64,000 nucleotides of DNA, from positions 1-64,000 of IMG/VR virus record IMGVR_UViG_3300028832_000110. The stretch is one strand, 5' to 3'. Shown one piece after another: positions 8,952-17,383 of the stretch. The DNA comes from a virus. Taxonomy: Duplodnaviria > Caudoviricetes. The position numbers and the translations under genes were made by a program. Position 1 is the first letter of the stretch, and the number at the start of each line of letters is the position of its first letter. A model generated the notes under the pieces. That model ran no database searches. It had not been told where the DNA came from and worked only from the letters and a program-made list of their open reading frames with translations.

Positions 8952-9797
8952 TTAGCGACCCTCATAAATTCTGATGAAATTATCGGGTTCAAAGATGTAG
9001 TCGAAATCTGCGGCAAATCCAGAACTTCCGTTCAGTCTTGGATTCTTAATAGCATTTTCTATGACCGTCTTTATTTTGTGGAAGTGAAGACAGTATGCTA
9101 TATTGAATAATATCCGGCGTTTCTCCGTCAATCCGTCTGGAATATTTACCTTGATGATTCCAGAACCATTGACCTTCATGTTATATCGCTCTACAAACTG
9201 AGGAAACAAATCTTTGTCCTCTACGAGCTTGGGATTGAAACTGCCAAACGGAACTGCGATGTTATGGGTATAGATTTTCTCATTCTCCCATGTCCTTTGA
9301 TTGAGGAATGTGCTGAATTGCTTTCTATACGATTCCTCTGTCAGAGCGACATAAGCGGGAACGAATTCAAAAATCTTCTGCCTATCTTCAAATGGTAGTT
9401 CACACCATTTCTTTACCAATGCTTTGGTGCGCCCTACCTTTTTACCGTACAATATCCATATCTCTTCAAACGATTCAAGTGCGTTATCAAATGCGTTAGA
9501 TTGTGCGTTAGTTCGTCTCTTAAAACCTCTGTAACTATCACATTTACTGAATGTTACAAAATTCTGTTTTGCGTTAGTTGCTGCGTTAGATTGTGCGTTG
9601 ATTAGAACTTTCTCACGCAATAGCTTCTGATGTATCGTTCTTACTTGTTGATATGGTACATTGGTGTTTCTGGATATGACTCTATCACTGAATTCAACAA
9701 TGCCGTAGTCATCGGCACTAAGCAATAACTGAATCATAACCAACTGCTCATTCGGTGTGAATCGCTCCAGAAAGGCGTTGGTTATCGTTATATCCAT
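8952..9797 (-). CDS. Putative replication initiator (lambda O-like role)
   Basis: Directly upstream of dnaB; N-terminal winged-helix-like region; internal iterons; C-terminal ADFDYIF...NFIRIYEG. Confidence 0.65.
   Translation of the reverse strand: MDITITNAFLERFTPNEQLVMIQLLLSADDYGIVEFSDRVISRNTNVPYQQVRTIHQKLLREKVLINAQSNAATNAKQNFVTFSKCDSYRGFKRRTNAQSNAFDNALESFEEIWILYGKKVGRTKALVKKWCELPFEDRQKIFEFVPAYVALTEESYRKQFSTFLNQRTWENEKIYTHNIAVPFGSFNPKLVEDKDLFPQFVERYNMKVNGSGIIKVNIPDGLTEKRRILFNIAYCLHFHKIKTVIENAIKNPRLNGSSGFAADFDYIFEPDNFIRIYEGR
9480..9600. repeat. Iteron array, putative replication origin
   Basis: TGCGTT(A/G) at 9480, 9492, 9504 and 9570, 9582, 9594 (12-bp period, two triplets 90 bp apart). 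Confidence 0.65.
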
Positions 9798-9812
9798 AAT
9801 CTATAATCTTAG

Positions 9813-10122
9813 TGGAGGTAAGCGGAGTCGAACCGCTGTCTTACTGACATCTTATAGAAACTTGTTACGTGCGTTGGGGCTGACCAGACATCATATCGGG
9901 CGAGCGTTCCACCACCTTGTTTGTTGTCTAACAAGGAAATCCATAAGCCGTGACCTTTATGTTCCTTCGCAAGTCACACGCGAGTGCGCTTACGCTGCTG
10001 CACGCAGAGAAGCGCAGGGAGTCATATTGACAACCTTTGCATTTATTTGTTTTGCTATTTCAAGGCATAACTGCCTGCACGATTTCTTACCTTCCGTCAG
10101 CAATCAAAACCAGAATACCCCC
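9813..10122 (-). ncRNA. ssrA: tmRNA, one-piece; tag (A)AKVVNMTPCASLRAAA*
   Basis: Acceptor GGGGGTA/TACCTCC-A with G3:U70; 5' GGGGGTATTCTGGTTTTGA; T-arm AGCGG-TTCGACT-CCGCT; tag frame 10040-9990 after ATAAAT, ending in Ala-Ala-Ala-TAA. Confidence 0.92.
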
Positions 10123-10145
10123 GAAAATAGAAGAGCCGTGCGAAC

Positions 10146-10694
10146 TTAATCACACGGCTCCTGGGATAAGTCATAGATTTCAAGTTCCTCATTGATATTT
10201 TCAGACTTTAGAATATTTTTATAAACATTCTTTGCCTGCTCTATTGTCAAGATTTGCTCTCCATCCTTTGTGGATAATATGCCAGTAGAAGTATTTAGTT
10301 CCAAGTGCTTGTGCAATCTCTTATGCGCTCTTCGTGATAGGACAAAGACGGAACGCGGAAAGTTGTAATTCCAATGATGACATTCCATCCCTTTTAAGTT
10401 GACACCAATGTCTCTTAAATCACGATGGATATTCCTTGCACTACCGCTTGAAGTCAAAGCCATCGTTCTGCTTGGTTTAGAGATATACCCAAGTCGTCTA
10501 TACTTTTCACGACCTCGAAGCCGTTCTTTATTCATATATGACTCATTCTGAGACATCTTCTCATAGTGATTGTGAACATCTTTTTTGGTACATTCCTTAC
10601 ACTTATTCAGATGTCCGTCTGGCATTCGAGGGTGAGCATAAAACTCAGACAAAGGCAAATCACGATTGCACTTAAAACATACTTTATGCTGCAT
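10146..10694 (-). CDS. Zn-finger / HNH-type endonuclease
   Basis: CFKC...CKEC and CHHWNY...HKRLH. Confidence 0.65.
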   Translation of the reverse strand: MQHKVCFKCNRDLPLSEFYAHPRMPDGHLNKCKECTKKDVHNHYEKMSQNESYMNKERLRGREKYRRLGYISKPSRTMALTSSGSARNIHRDLRDIGVNLKGMECHHWNYNFPRSVFVLSRRAHKRLHKHLELNTSTGILSTKDGEQILTIEQAKNVYKNILKSENINEELEIYDLSQEPCD

Positions 10695-10726
10695 ATTTGT
10701 AGGATTTAAGATGGGGCTTACAGACT

Positions 10727-11176
10727 TTAACGCCCATAAGCCCCATGATCAAAAGGGAGGTCATCCACGCTACCCTCTCCATCACCTTGCTCTTGCGCAG
10801 GAGGGAATGGGCTTGTGGCAGGTGCGGGTGCTGCCGCTTGTTGAGGTGGGTTCTGAGGCGCAGGTGCGGCGGCAGGGGCATGGGCGGCACTTTGTTGAGT
10901 GGGCTGACCATGAACAACGTTATAAGCCCTAATAGCATTATACCATTTGCCGTTGTATTCGCTTGCGTCTATGTCGAACTGGACGGTGATTTCCGCATTG
11001 ACCAAGATATTGAACTGCTTGATGCGGTCTTCACCAAACACCTCGAAGACCATCTTCTTAGGGTACTGACCGGGAATCTCGATGACGTATTGCTGCGTCA
11101 TCCAGTTATTGCCAGTCCTCGCAGATACTCCGCTTTTCGCAGGGAGTACAGCTATAACTTTACCAGATAGTTCCAT
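10727..11176 (-). CDS. Single-stranded DNA-binding protein (DUF3127-like)
   Basis: OB-fold-like N-terminus, Q/P/A linker, acidic DDLPF tail. Confidence 0.85.
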   Translation of the reverse strand: MELSGKVIAVLPAKSGVSARTGNNWMTQQYVIEIPGQYPKKMVFEVFGEDRIKQFNILVNAEITVQFDIDASEYNGKWYNAIRAYNVVHGQPTQQSAAHAPAAAPAPQNPPQQAAAPAPATSPFPPAQEQGDGEGSVDDLPFDHGAYGR

Positions 11177-11178
11177 GA

Positions 11179-12147
11179 TTATTCAACCTCTTCGGCTTCA
11201 TCAAAGCCGTCATTCTTTTTCTTGATACCATAGTTGGAATCAGCAGCAGCCATATTGTCAACACGGTTGAGGATTTCCAACGCTGCACGGGCTTTCTCAG
11301 ACATTTCGAGCTTCGGAATCTGCTTATAGGCACGGTTGATAAGTGTCTTCTTGCACATTTCCGTGAAATCCGTGTCCCAAGGCGATTGCTTGTCTTTTCC
11401 TACTGATGGGCTGCGTCTGCGGATGCCATCAATCTCGTCGAATGACATGGTATCGAATTGGGTTGTGCCATTGGGGTACTTGATAATATAGTAACCACCA
11501 AGAATATCCTTCTGATCGTGCTTACCCCAAGGATTAGGCTTGTGGATAATGTGAGCGTTTGTACCTTGCTCAATCTCAAAGGTATCGCCTTTGTAAACAA
11601 GATAAGCCTCAATATCGAGCACCAGACCCGTATTGATGGCGAAACTCTTCTTACCCATATACGATGACTGCATCTGAACCTTACCCTTATAAGGAACGAG
11701 GTAAGCCAGTTTGAGCGTTGGGTTCAACGTCATTCCAGTCAATACTACATTCTTCAATGCGTTCACGAAGTCATCTGGGAACTTCTGAGCACACGTAATA
11801 AGATAGGGATTGGCTAACATGGCTTGTGCTGCGAAGTTACACTCACGCTGCAAGTCTTGTATGCTCTTTCCGTTCTGGAGGAAAGTCTTGTATGGTGCGG
11901 TAAAGCAATTCTGCAAAGGCTTCAGTTGAGGTGGAAGACCCTGCGAAATCTTTACCAATCCTTCCTCACCACTGGCAGGTGCGGCAGCAGCGGCTTTGCC
12001 TTGCGTACCTGCACCACCATCATTAGCGGGCTGAGCTTGCGCCTGCCCTTGGCCGTCGTTGGCTACTTGTTGCTGACCATCGCCACCTTGACCCTGCCCT
12101 GCAAATGCGTCCTGCTGCTGGGCTTCATTTTTCTTTTGTTCTGCCAT
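11179..12147 (-). CDS. recT: RecT-family single-strand annealing protein
   Basis: LAYLVPYKG...SYMG and SPWDTDFTEMCKKT. Confidence 0.85.
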   Translation of the reverse strand: MAEQKKNEAQQQDAFAGQGQGGDGQQQVANDGQGQAQAQPANDGGAGTQGKAAAAAPASGEEGLVKISQGLPPQLKPLQNCFTAPYKTFLQNGKSIQDLQRECNFAAQAMLANPYLITCAQKFPDDFVNALKNVVLTGMTLNPTLKLAYLVPYKGKVQMQSSYMGKKSFAINTGLVLDIEAYLVYKGDTFEIEQGTNAHIIHKPNPWGKHDQKDILGGYYIIKYPNGTTQFDTMSFDEIDGIRRRSPSVGKDKQSPWDTDFTEMCKKTLINRAYKQIPKLEMSEKARAALEILNRVDNMAAADSNYGIKKKNDGFDEAEEVE

Positions 12148-12152
12148 AACTG

Positions 12153-13127
12153 TTATTCGTTTTTATTGTAAAACCTAAATTCCGTATTGAAGTTGGGAGC
12201 ATCAACGCTCATAATGCGATGACCTCTGAATCCCGGCTCAATGAAGATTTCAGCACCGCGATATTCTCCAGTCCGCTTGCACTCAATATATTGGTCAAGC
12301 AGTTTCTTGAATATCAAGGCACTCGGTCCCATGCTAACCATGTCATACTCTTTGTTGTATGAGTAAGCCCATTGTTCGGCACTTACCATGACAGCATCAT
12401 AAGGAGGTGTCTTTTGTTGGAAGACCCAATAGAAATCTTTCCACACCCCGCTTTGCTCATGTTCAAAGAACTGGTAGAATGCTGCGGAAATGCCATAGCC
12501 GAACTTCGTGATGGTTTTGGCAATGGCTCCTGGGTGAAGGTTTTCCAGAGACACGGTTTTCCAGTCCACGATTTTGCGCTTGGTTTCAACGTCTGGACGG
12601 AACTTGAATTTGCATCCCTCATATTCTACGAAATGGCTGACCTCTGACTGCCCCTGCTTCAAGATGGTCTTGACTTGCTTTGAGGTTTCTCCGCAATTTT
12701 CAAGCAGCTCAGTTACCATAGTCTTTACGAGACCAACGCGCTCTTCTGAAACAAACTCCCAATCAGGGTGCTCAGATTTCGCGGTTTCTAAAGCAGAAAT
12801 ATACTTCTGTGTATCTCTGCCATAGGGCTTTCCAGTTTTCTCGTTGACTGGAGCTTCAAACAAATGGTATTGTTTCGCAAACTCAGAGTCGTTTCCAAAA
12901 TTCAAGAGGCTTTCCATGTATGCGTGATACATAGAGCCGAATTCAAGAGCATCATCGCTGATGACAAATTCCTCTGGATGCTCCTTTTTATACTTTGCGT
13001 ATTTAGGAGATACGAGGAAATCTTTGATCTGAGTGGATGAAAGATACTGATCGTAGCCCTCTCCACGATGATAGGTTTCGTTGTCGAGTCCTATAATGAT
13101 AGGCTCTGCTACAAAATTATTCTCCAT
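12153..13127 (-). CDS. RecE / exonuclease VIII-like PD-(D/E)XK nuclease
   Basis: YH...LSST, FGSMYH, KFRPD...DWKT; adjacent to recT. Confidence 0.8.
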   Translation of the reverse strand: MENNFVAEPIIIGLDNETYHRGEGYDQYLSSTQIKDFLVSPKYAKYKKEHPEEFVISDDALEFGSMYHAYMESLLNFGNDSEFAKQYHLFEAPVNEKTGKPYGRDTQKYISALETAKSEHPDWEFVSEERVGLVKTMVTELLENCGETSKQVKTILKQGQSEVSHFVEYEGCKFKFRPDVETKRKIVDWKTVSLENLHPGAIAKTITKFGYGISAAFYQFFEHEQSGVWKDFYWVFQQKTPPYDAVMVSAEQWAYSYNKEYDMVSMGPSALIFKKLLDQYIECKRTGEYRGAEIFIEPGFRGHRIMSVDAPNFNTEFRFYNKNE

Positions 13128-13350
13128 TATTATTTTGATTTTGTTGGTCGTTTTCTGCAATGCCAAAACTAAAGGAATTGAGCATTTTGTGGAATATCAG
13201 CTTTTTGTCGGTGATTAGTTGGTTGATTTCCTGCTTCGTCTTTTCCTCAACGGCCTTGGAAACCTCGCTCCACGTCGCATTGGTTGGCTCAATCTTATCC
13301 TCTCGCTTCTTATCCGTTATTTCTCTGATTATTTCCAGTACGTCTATCAT
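13117..13350 (-). CDS. Hypothetical protein
   Basis: 77-aa ORF overlapping the next start. Confidence 0.6.
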   Translation of the reverse strand: MIDVLEIIREITDKKREDKIEPTNATWSEVSKAVEEKTKQEINQLITDKKLIFHKMLNSFSFGIAENDQQNQNNNGE

Positions 13351-13456
13351 AGAAGAAAAAATAAAAATGTTCTGCCTAATTTCACAACCAAGCAGAACGC
13401 AGTTCCAAATTATAACTATTCAACAAGTTATTTACGAATGAATATCAGTATATGGA

Positions 13457-14002
13457 TTACAGATTCTTTCTTCTTGCATACTCAGCGATAAGTAGCGAGT
13501 CACACTTGTTATCGTCGAGCTTTCTGCATCTTTCATTCTTTCTGAGGTCAACGCTTGGGAAAATGCGTCTGGCTGCATTGAAAGATGTTGGCTTTGGATC
13601 AACCGCCTTATAACTCTTCTGATATTTAACACCAGTATCTTTGTCGGTCATTGTGCGGTTCTTAGTGACGTATATTTCGTCCTGATGAATCCATATCTCT
13701 TTCTGCCAATCCTTTGGAGGCACAAGGATATAAGGTATTTCGTTGGCAATGAGCAATCCCTTCAACGTGCCGAAGATTTCTCCGAAACTAAACGTAGAGC
13801 CTGCGCTGCTGCCAAATATGGCATGAACTTGCTCCATGCAGGCAACGACCTCCCATGACCTCTTTTTTATATCCTTGATGATTCTGCCAAGACTGAGATC
13901 GTCATTTTCCTCAATGGAATAGAATTCTTTATCGCCATTGGGGAAAAGGACTGTGATAAAGCCTATGCTTCCGGGGTCAATCCCGATGTAAGTTTTTTCC
14001 AT
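13457..14002 (-). CDS. RuvC-like Holliday junction resolvase
   Basis: YIGIDPG, MEQV, PKDWQK, DSLLIA. Confidence 0.85.
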   Translation of the reverse strand: MEKTYIGIDPGSIGFITVLFPNGDKEFYSIEENDDLSLGRIIKDIKKRSWEVVACMEQVHAIFGSSAGSTFSFGEIFGTLKGLLIANEIPYILVPPKDWQKEIWIHQDEIYVTKNRTMTDKDTGVKYQKSYKAVDPKPTSFNAARRIFPSVDLRKNERCRKLDDNKCDSLLIAEYARRKNL

Positions 14003-14015
14003 ATCCTAATTGTAT

Positions 14016-14180
14016 TTATTCAATTATCTGTTTCAGCAATTCCCTACACTTCTCAAACAACGCCACTTTTCCGTGACACCAATTATCGGTACAGGTATTG
14101 TAACCTGCCACCCATGCCTCTTCAACGGTGGCATTCGGATGCTTTTTCAGCCATTCCTGCATCTGCTCTTTGTAACTCAT
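14016..14180 (-). CDS. Hypothetical protein
   Basis: 54-aa ORF starting MSYKEQ. Confidence 0.55.
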   Translation of the reverse strand: MSYKEQMQEWLKKHPNATVEEAWVAGYNTCTDNWCHGKVALFEKCRELLKQIIE

Positions 14181-14192
14181 AGATTCAACTGA

Positions 14193-14227
14193 TAAAAAAA
14201 CCTCCCTACCCATCGCGGGCAAGGAGG
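14193..14227 (-). terminator. Intrinsic terminator after the tRNA/ncRNA cluster
   Basis: CCTCCTTGCCC-GCGAT-GGGTAGGGAGG followed by T7 on the minus strand. Confidence 0.7.
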
Positions 14228-14301
14228 CAAACAAACTACTTAAAAACTAATCTACTAAAACAAATCTTATATCATTATGACTCACAACATTCAGAAAAAC
14301 C

Positions 14302-14501
14302 CGCTACCGAAATAACCAACCGCCCCACCGCCGTATTGCGATGGGGCGCATAACAATAATTTATTCCAAGCCGTCAAAAAAGAGTTTCAAAGGAAAAGCC
14401 TCAACAACGTCTCGAAAGTCGAGTAGGATAACAAGCACCTCGGCTTTCACCGATTGCACGTCTATCTCCGTTGCAAGGCTCTGTCACGTTCTACGGTAGC
14501 G
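14302..14501 (-). ncRNA. Putative structured RNA E1 (200 nt), following tRNA-Ser
   Basis: Ends pair (CGCTACCG/CGGTAGCG); internal hairpins include TCGGT-GAAA-GCCGA and CGCCCCATCGC/GCGGTGGGGCG; no ORF in the track. Confidence 0.5.
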
Positions 14502-14520
14502 AAACATAACAACGTGCTTG

Positions 14521-14605
14521 CGGAGAGTGAAGGATTTGAACCTCCGATACGTTTCCGTATGCCTCGTTAGCAGTGAGGTGCTTTCGACCACTCAGCCAAC
14601 TCTCC
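14521..14605 (-). tRNA. tRNA-Ser(GCT)
   Basis: Cloverleaf, anticodon loop CT-GCT-AA, long variable arm, GGTTCAAATCC. Confidence 0.95.
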
Positions 14606-14615
14606 AGAATAATAG

Positions 14616-14688
14616 TTGCGGAAGCAGGACTCGAACCTGCGACCTTTAGGATATGAGCCTAACGCGCTACCAACTGCGCCATTCCGCG
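14616..14688 (-). tRNA. tRNA-Met(CAT) with initiator-like C1:A72 mismatch
   Basis: TTAGG-CTCATAT-CCTAA anticodon arm; GGTTCGAGTCC. Confidence 0.93.
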
Positions 14689-14758
14689 ATTTGCCAGTCC
14701 TCTCATACTGGCTTTGACGTTTATTCTTTTTAGTGTCAACGTCTAATACACTGTGTGC

Positions 14759-14957
14759 GTCGGCGACCACCACTGCAAGGGTATGCCGATACCCCTAATG
14801 TCTCGTAGCCTCGTAAGAAAGGAGCGACCTCTGTCCTCGTAACCTTCCCAAATCGGGGGAACCGGGCAAATTCCAATAGGGAAAGCCTATAAACAACAAA
14901 GGCCGTACATACGCTGCTGTGGCAAACTGATAGCGGACATACTGAGTAGCCGCCGAC
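14759..14957 (-). ncRNA. Putative structured RNA E2 (199 nt), following tRNA-Gln
   Basis: 12-bp closing stem GTCGGCGGCTAC/GTGGTCGCCGAC with G:U pairs on the minus strand; several internal hairpins. Confidence 0.55.
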
Positions 14958-14989
14958 ATCTTCGCTTATGGAAAGTCAGAAGAATTATG

Positions 14990-15060
14990 CAAGCCTATGA
15001 GGACTCGAACCCCAACTAACAGAACCAAAACCTGTTGTGCTACCATTACACCATAAGCCT
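14990..15060 (-). tRNA. tRNA-Gln(TTG)
   Basis: ACAGG-TTTTGGT-TCTGT anticodon arm; GGTTCGAGTCC. Confidence 0.9.
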
Positions 15061-15102
15061 ATGAATGTGCAGTGATCATGCGCTACCACGTTCTTTCGCT
15101 CC

Positions 15103-15313
15103 GGCATTCTACATTTCAGCCACCCCCAAGTTCTTAGGTGGTTTATAATGCAATATTTTCGATTCGTATGAGAAAAAAGGTACTAAAGCCATCGCTTATA
15201 TTCGGACATACCGAACTACACACCATTATGATACCCATAATTTATATATATGGCATGAAAAGAAAAATCATAGAAAGCCACCGACCTTCTCAGGCAGGTG
15301 GAGTAGAATTGCC
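15103..15313 (-). ncRNA. Putative structured RNA E3 (211 nt), following tRNA-Trp
   Basis: Closing stem GGCA(A)TTCTAC/GTAGAATGCC; at least four internal hairpins. Confidence 0.5.
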
Positions 15314-15340
15314 TATGTTCACAAAAAATCCTTATGTGGT

Positions 15341-15416
15341 TGGCGCGAACTGAAGGAATCGAACCCCCGACATTCGGTTTTGGAGACCGATGTTCTACCA
15401 ACTGAACTAAGTCCGC
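15341..15416 (-). tRNA. tRNA-Trp(CCA) with encoded 3' CCA
   Basis: TCGGT-CTCCAAA-ACCGA anticodon arm; GGTTCGATTCC. Confidence 0.95.
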
Positions 15417-15800
15417 ATAGAACCCGCGCCACAACTTAATGAGGCGCAGGCTTATATAGAGTATGCCTATTCCAAAGAACAGGCAATAAGTTCTTTCAAA
15501 CCATATTAGCCTTTCATTACGTTTTTATGCCTCAGCCCTCTGTGACCTCCGCTTTAGAAGAGCAACTTACCTCTCCAACCCATTTAGGCTATTCACTTCT
15601 TAGGCTATGCCGTCAGTTTTCGCCAGACGTATGGGCTACGTCAGTGGAACACCTGAGTAAGTCCTTCTTCTCATTCCCTTAGTTGGGATCAGCAGCAGAA
15701 ACACGTTCTGTCTGAGTATTCCGAAACGGGTAACACGTACCTCATGTCTTGCAGGATAACCCTGCATGGCAAACCACCGTTGCCAGATATAGCGTAAATG

Positions 15801-15959
15801 CTATTGTCTCTGAAGCCATTCGTCGATTTTGCTCTGGAAAAAGAACAGCCGACCCGCTGGCTTTGAACACGGAAGACCTTGCTTAATATAGCGAAGTAGA
15901 GTTGGATAACTCACTCCCAGATATTCGCAGGTCTGATGACCGTTCATTGGTTTCTCCAT
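15801..15959 (-). CDS. Excisionase/Cro-like HTH protein, 52 aa (below the ORF-track cutoff)
   Basis: MEKPMNGHQTCEYLGVSYPTLLRYIKQGLPCSKPAGRLFFFQSKIDEWLQRQ, HTH_17-like; divergent from the repressor. Confidence 0.8.
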   Translation of the reverse strand: MEKPMNGHQTCEYLGVSYPTLLRYIKQGLPCSKPAGRLFFFQSKIDEWLQRQ

Positions 15960-15989
15960 AATCGTATTCTTTTTAGTTTAATATTGATA

Positions 15990-16319
15990 CCTATTCCGTT
16001 TGCAAATGTTAAAAATGCACTCAAAGGCTATCATTCTCTATTATTTTCTCAATAATTTCATTGATATTCCAATTTTTTTTCGTACTTTTGCAGCAGAAAT
16101 CTCTAACATTGTGAAATGGCAGGATTTTCTCTACTGATTTTCCGACTGGTTTGGAATTCGGTTGCAAAGATAATAGATTTTTCTCTAATTTGATAGAGAT
16201 TGATAATAAAAATGTATTTTTTTTAATTGCTTTTATCATTCTGAAACGGAAATTTAGATTGATAATGTAGCAATATAATGTAACAGTTCCAATATTAATT
16301 AATTTAAATTCAACAAGTT
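15990..16319. promoter_or_regulatory. Lysis/lysogeny switch region with divergent promoters and operator
   Basis: TAnnTTTG boxes (TACTTTTG on + at 16083; TATCTTTG on - at 16165-16172); operator TAGATTTTTCTCTA at 16174-16187; several TCTCTA half-sites. Confidence 0.65.
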
Positions 16320-17075
16320 ATGGGTTCGCAATTAGTACAGATTAAGGGAAAAGCAGATGAAGTTCCGAGGGAATCTTCATTGATGCGTTTGCTCCAGTTA
16401 AAGGAGGTGTACTTGGATCGTCATCCCAGAATGACAACCAAGGACTTTGAAAAAGCGTGTGGTGTTTCCAATGGCTACTTCAACACCAGAGTCAAGGGCG
16501 AGAAAAAGCCGATGGAAATGCGGAATGTCAGCCACAAACTATTAAAGTCTATGGCTGAAAATCTCAATGACCCTACGATTAACTGGCAGTGGGTAGAGGA
16601 TGGCATAGGCGAAATGTTTTTCTCTGAGGAAGACGTTGAAGCCATTGCAATAGCCAAAGACCCAAGCCGGGGAGTGCCATACTACGACGTGGATTTCTTG
16701 GGCGGCTTCGATGAAATGTGGAATGACCAGACAACAACGCCTACATACTACATCAACTTGCAGCCGTATAATAAGAAAGGTAATCTATGGTGTAACATTA
16801 CCGGCGATTCCATGTCACCGAGAATCAACAGCGGCGACAAAATCTGCTTGCAGCCTTTGGAAAGAGGCGTTGAGGACATCGTGTATGGTGAAATCTACGG
16901 CATCATTACAACTGGAGGTCTCAGAACTATAAAGTGGGTTGTGCGCTCAGAGAATGAGAATTGCATCCGCTTAGTTCCAGAGAACAAAGAACCTCGCTAC
17001 GGCGACTATCAGGACTTTAGAATTGAAGATGTATTCAAGGTATTTAAAGTATTAGGAGCTGTGCGCACTTTCTGA
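16320..17075 (+). CDS. CI/LexA-like repressor (HTH plus S24 peptidase)
   Basis: FEKACGVSNGYF HTH; ITGDSMSP (catalytic Ser) and RTIKW (catalytic Lys). Confidence 0.9.
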   Translation: MGSQLVQIKGKADEVPRESSLMRLLQLKEVYLDRHPRMTTKDFEKACGVSNGYFNTRVKGEKKPMEMRNVSHKLLKSMAENLNDPTINWQWVEDGIGEMFFSEEDVEAIAIAKDPSRGVPYYDVDFLGGFDEMWNDQTTTPTYYINLQPYNKKGNLWCNITGDSMSPRINSGDKICLQPLERGVEDIVYGEIYGIITTGGLRTIKWVVRSENENCIRLVPENKEPRYGDYQDFRIEDVFKVFKVLGAVRTF

Positions 17076-17076
17076 T

Positions 17077-17360
17077 TTTGCACTCAATTTGCACCCAAAC
17101 ATTGTTAAACCCTAATAAATAGTGGCAAAAGGTGATCCCAAACGGATCACTTAGGGGAGGTAGCCAATCCTCCCCATTTTAAAAGAAAAGTTCCTATTTA
17201 TAACGGTTTCACAAGTGTTTTGGGCGTAGAAGCGGTCTTCGCCCGTGAATCAAAAGTTATCAGTAAATATCAGTTTTTATCAGTTTTGTGCTACCAAAAT
17301 CTGATTCGGTATCACAAATTGAATAAGACGGTATCACAAAAACGGGTTTGGTATCACAAA
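17077..17360. mobile_element. Putative attP site
   Basis: Lies between repressor and integrase; core GTGATCC-CAAAC-GGATCAC (17132-17150) resembles a tRNA 3' end; GGTATCACAAA x3; TATCAGT x3 at 10-bp period; TTTGCACYCAA x2. Confidence 0.7.
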
Positions 17361-17383
17361 ATGAAACTTAAAAAATAGGAATT

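Noticed and set aside
15421-15960. Whole region as one GOLLD/ROOL-sized RNA
   Set aside because: The upstream 159 bp encode a clear HTH protein; the remaining 380 nt cannot be assigned without a covariance-model search
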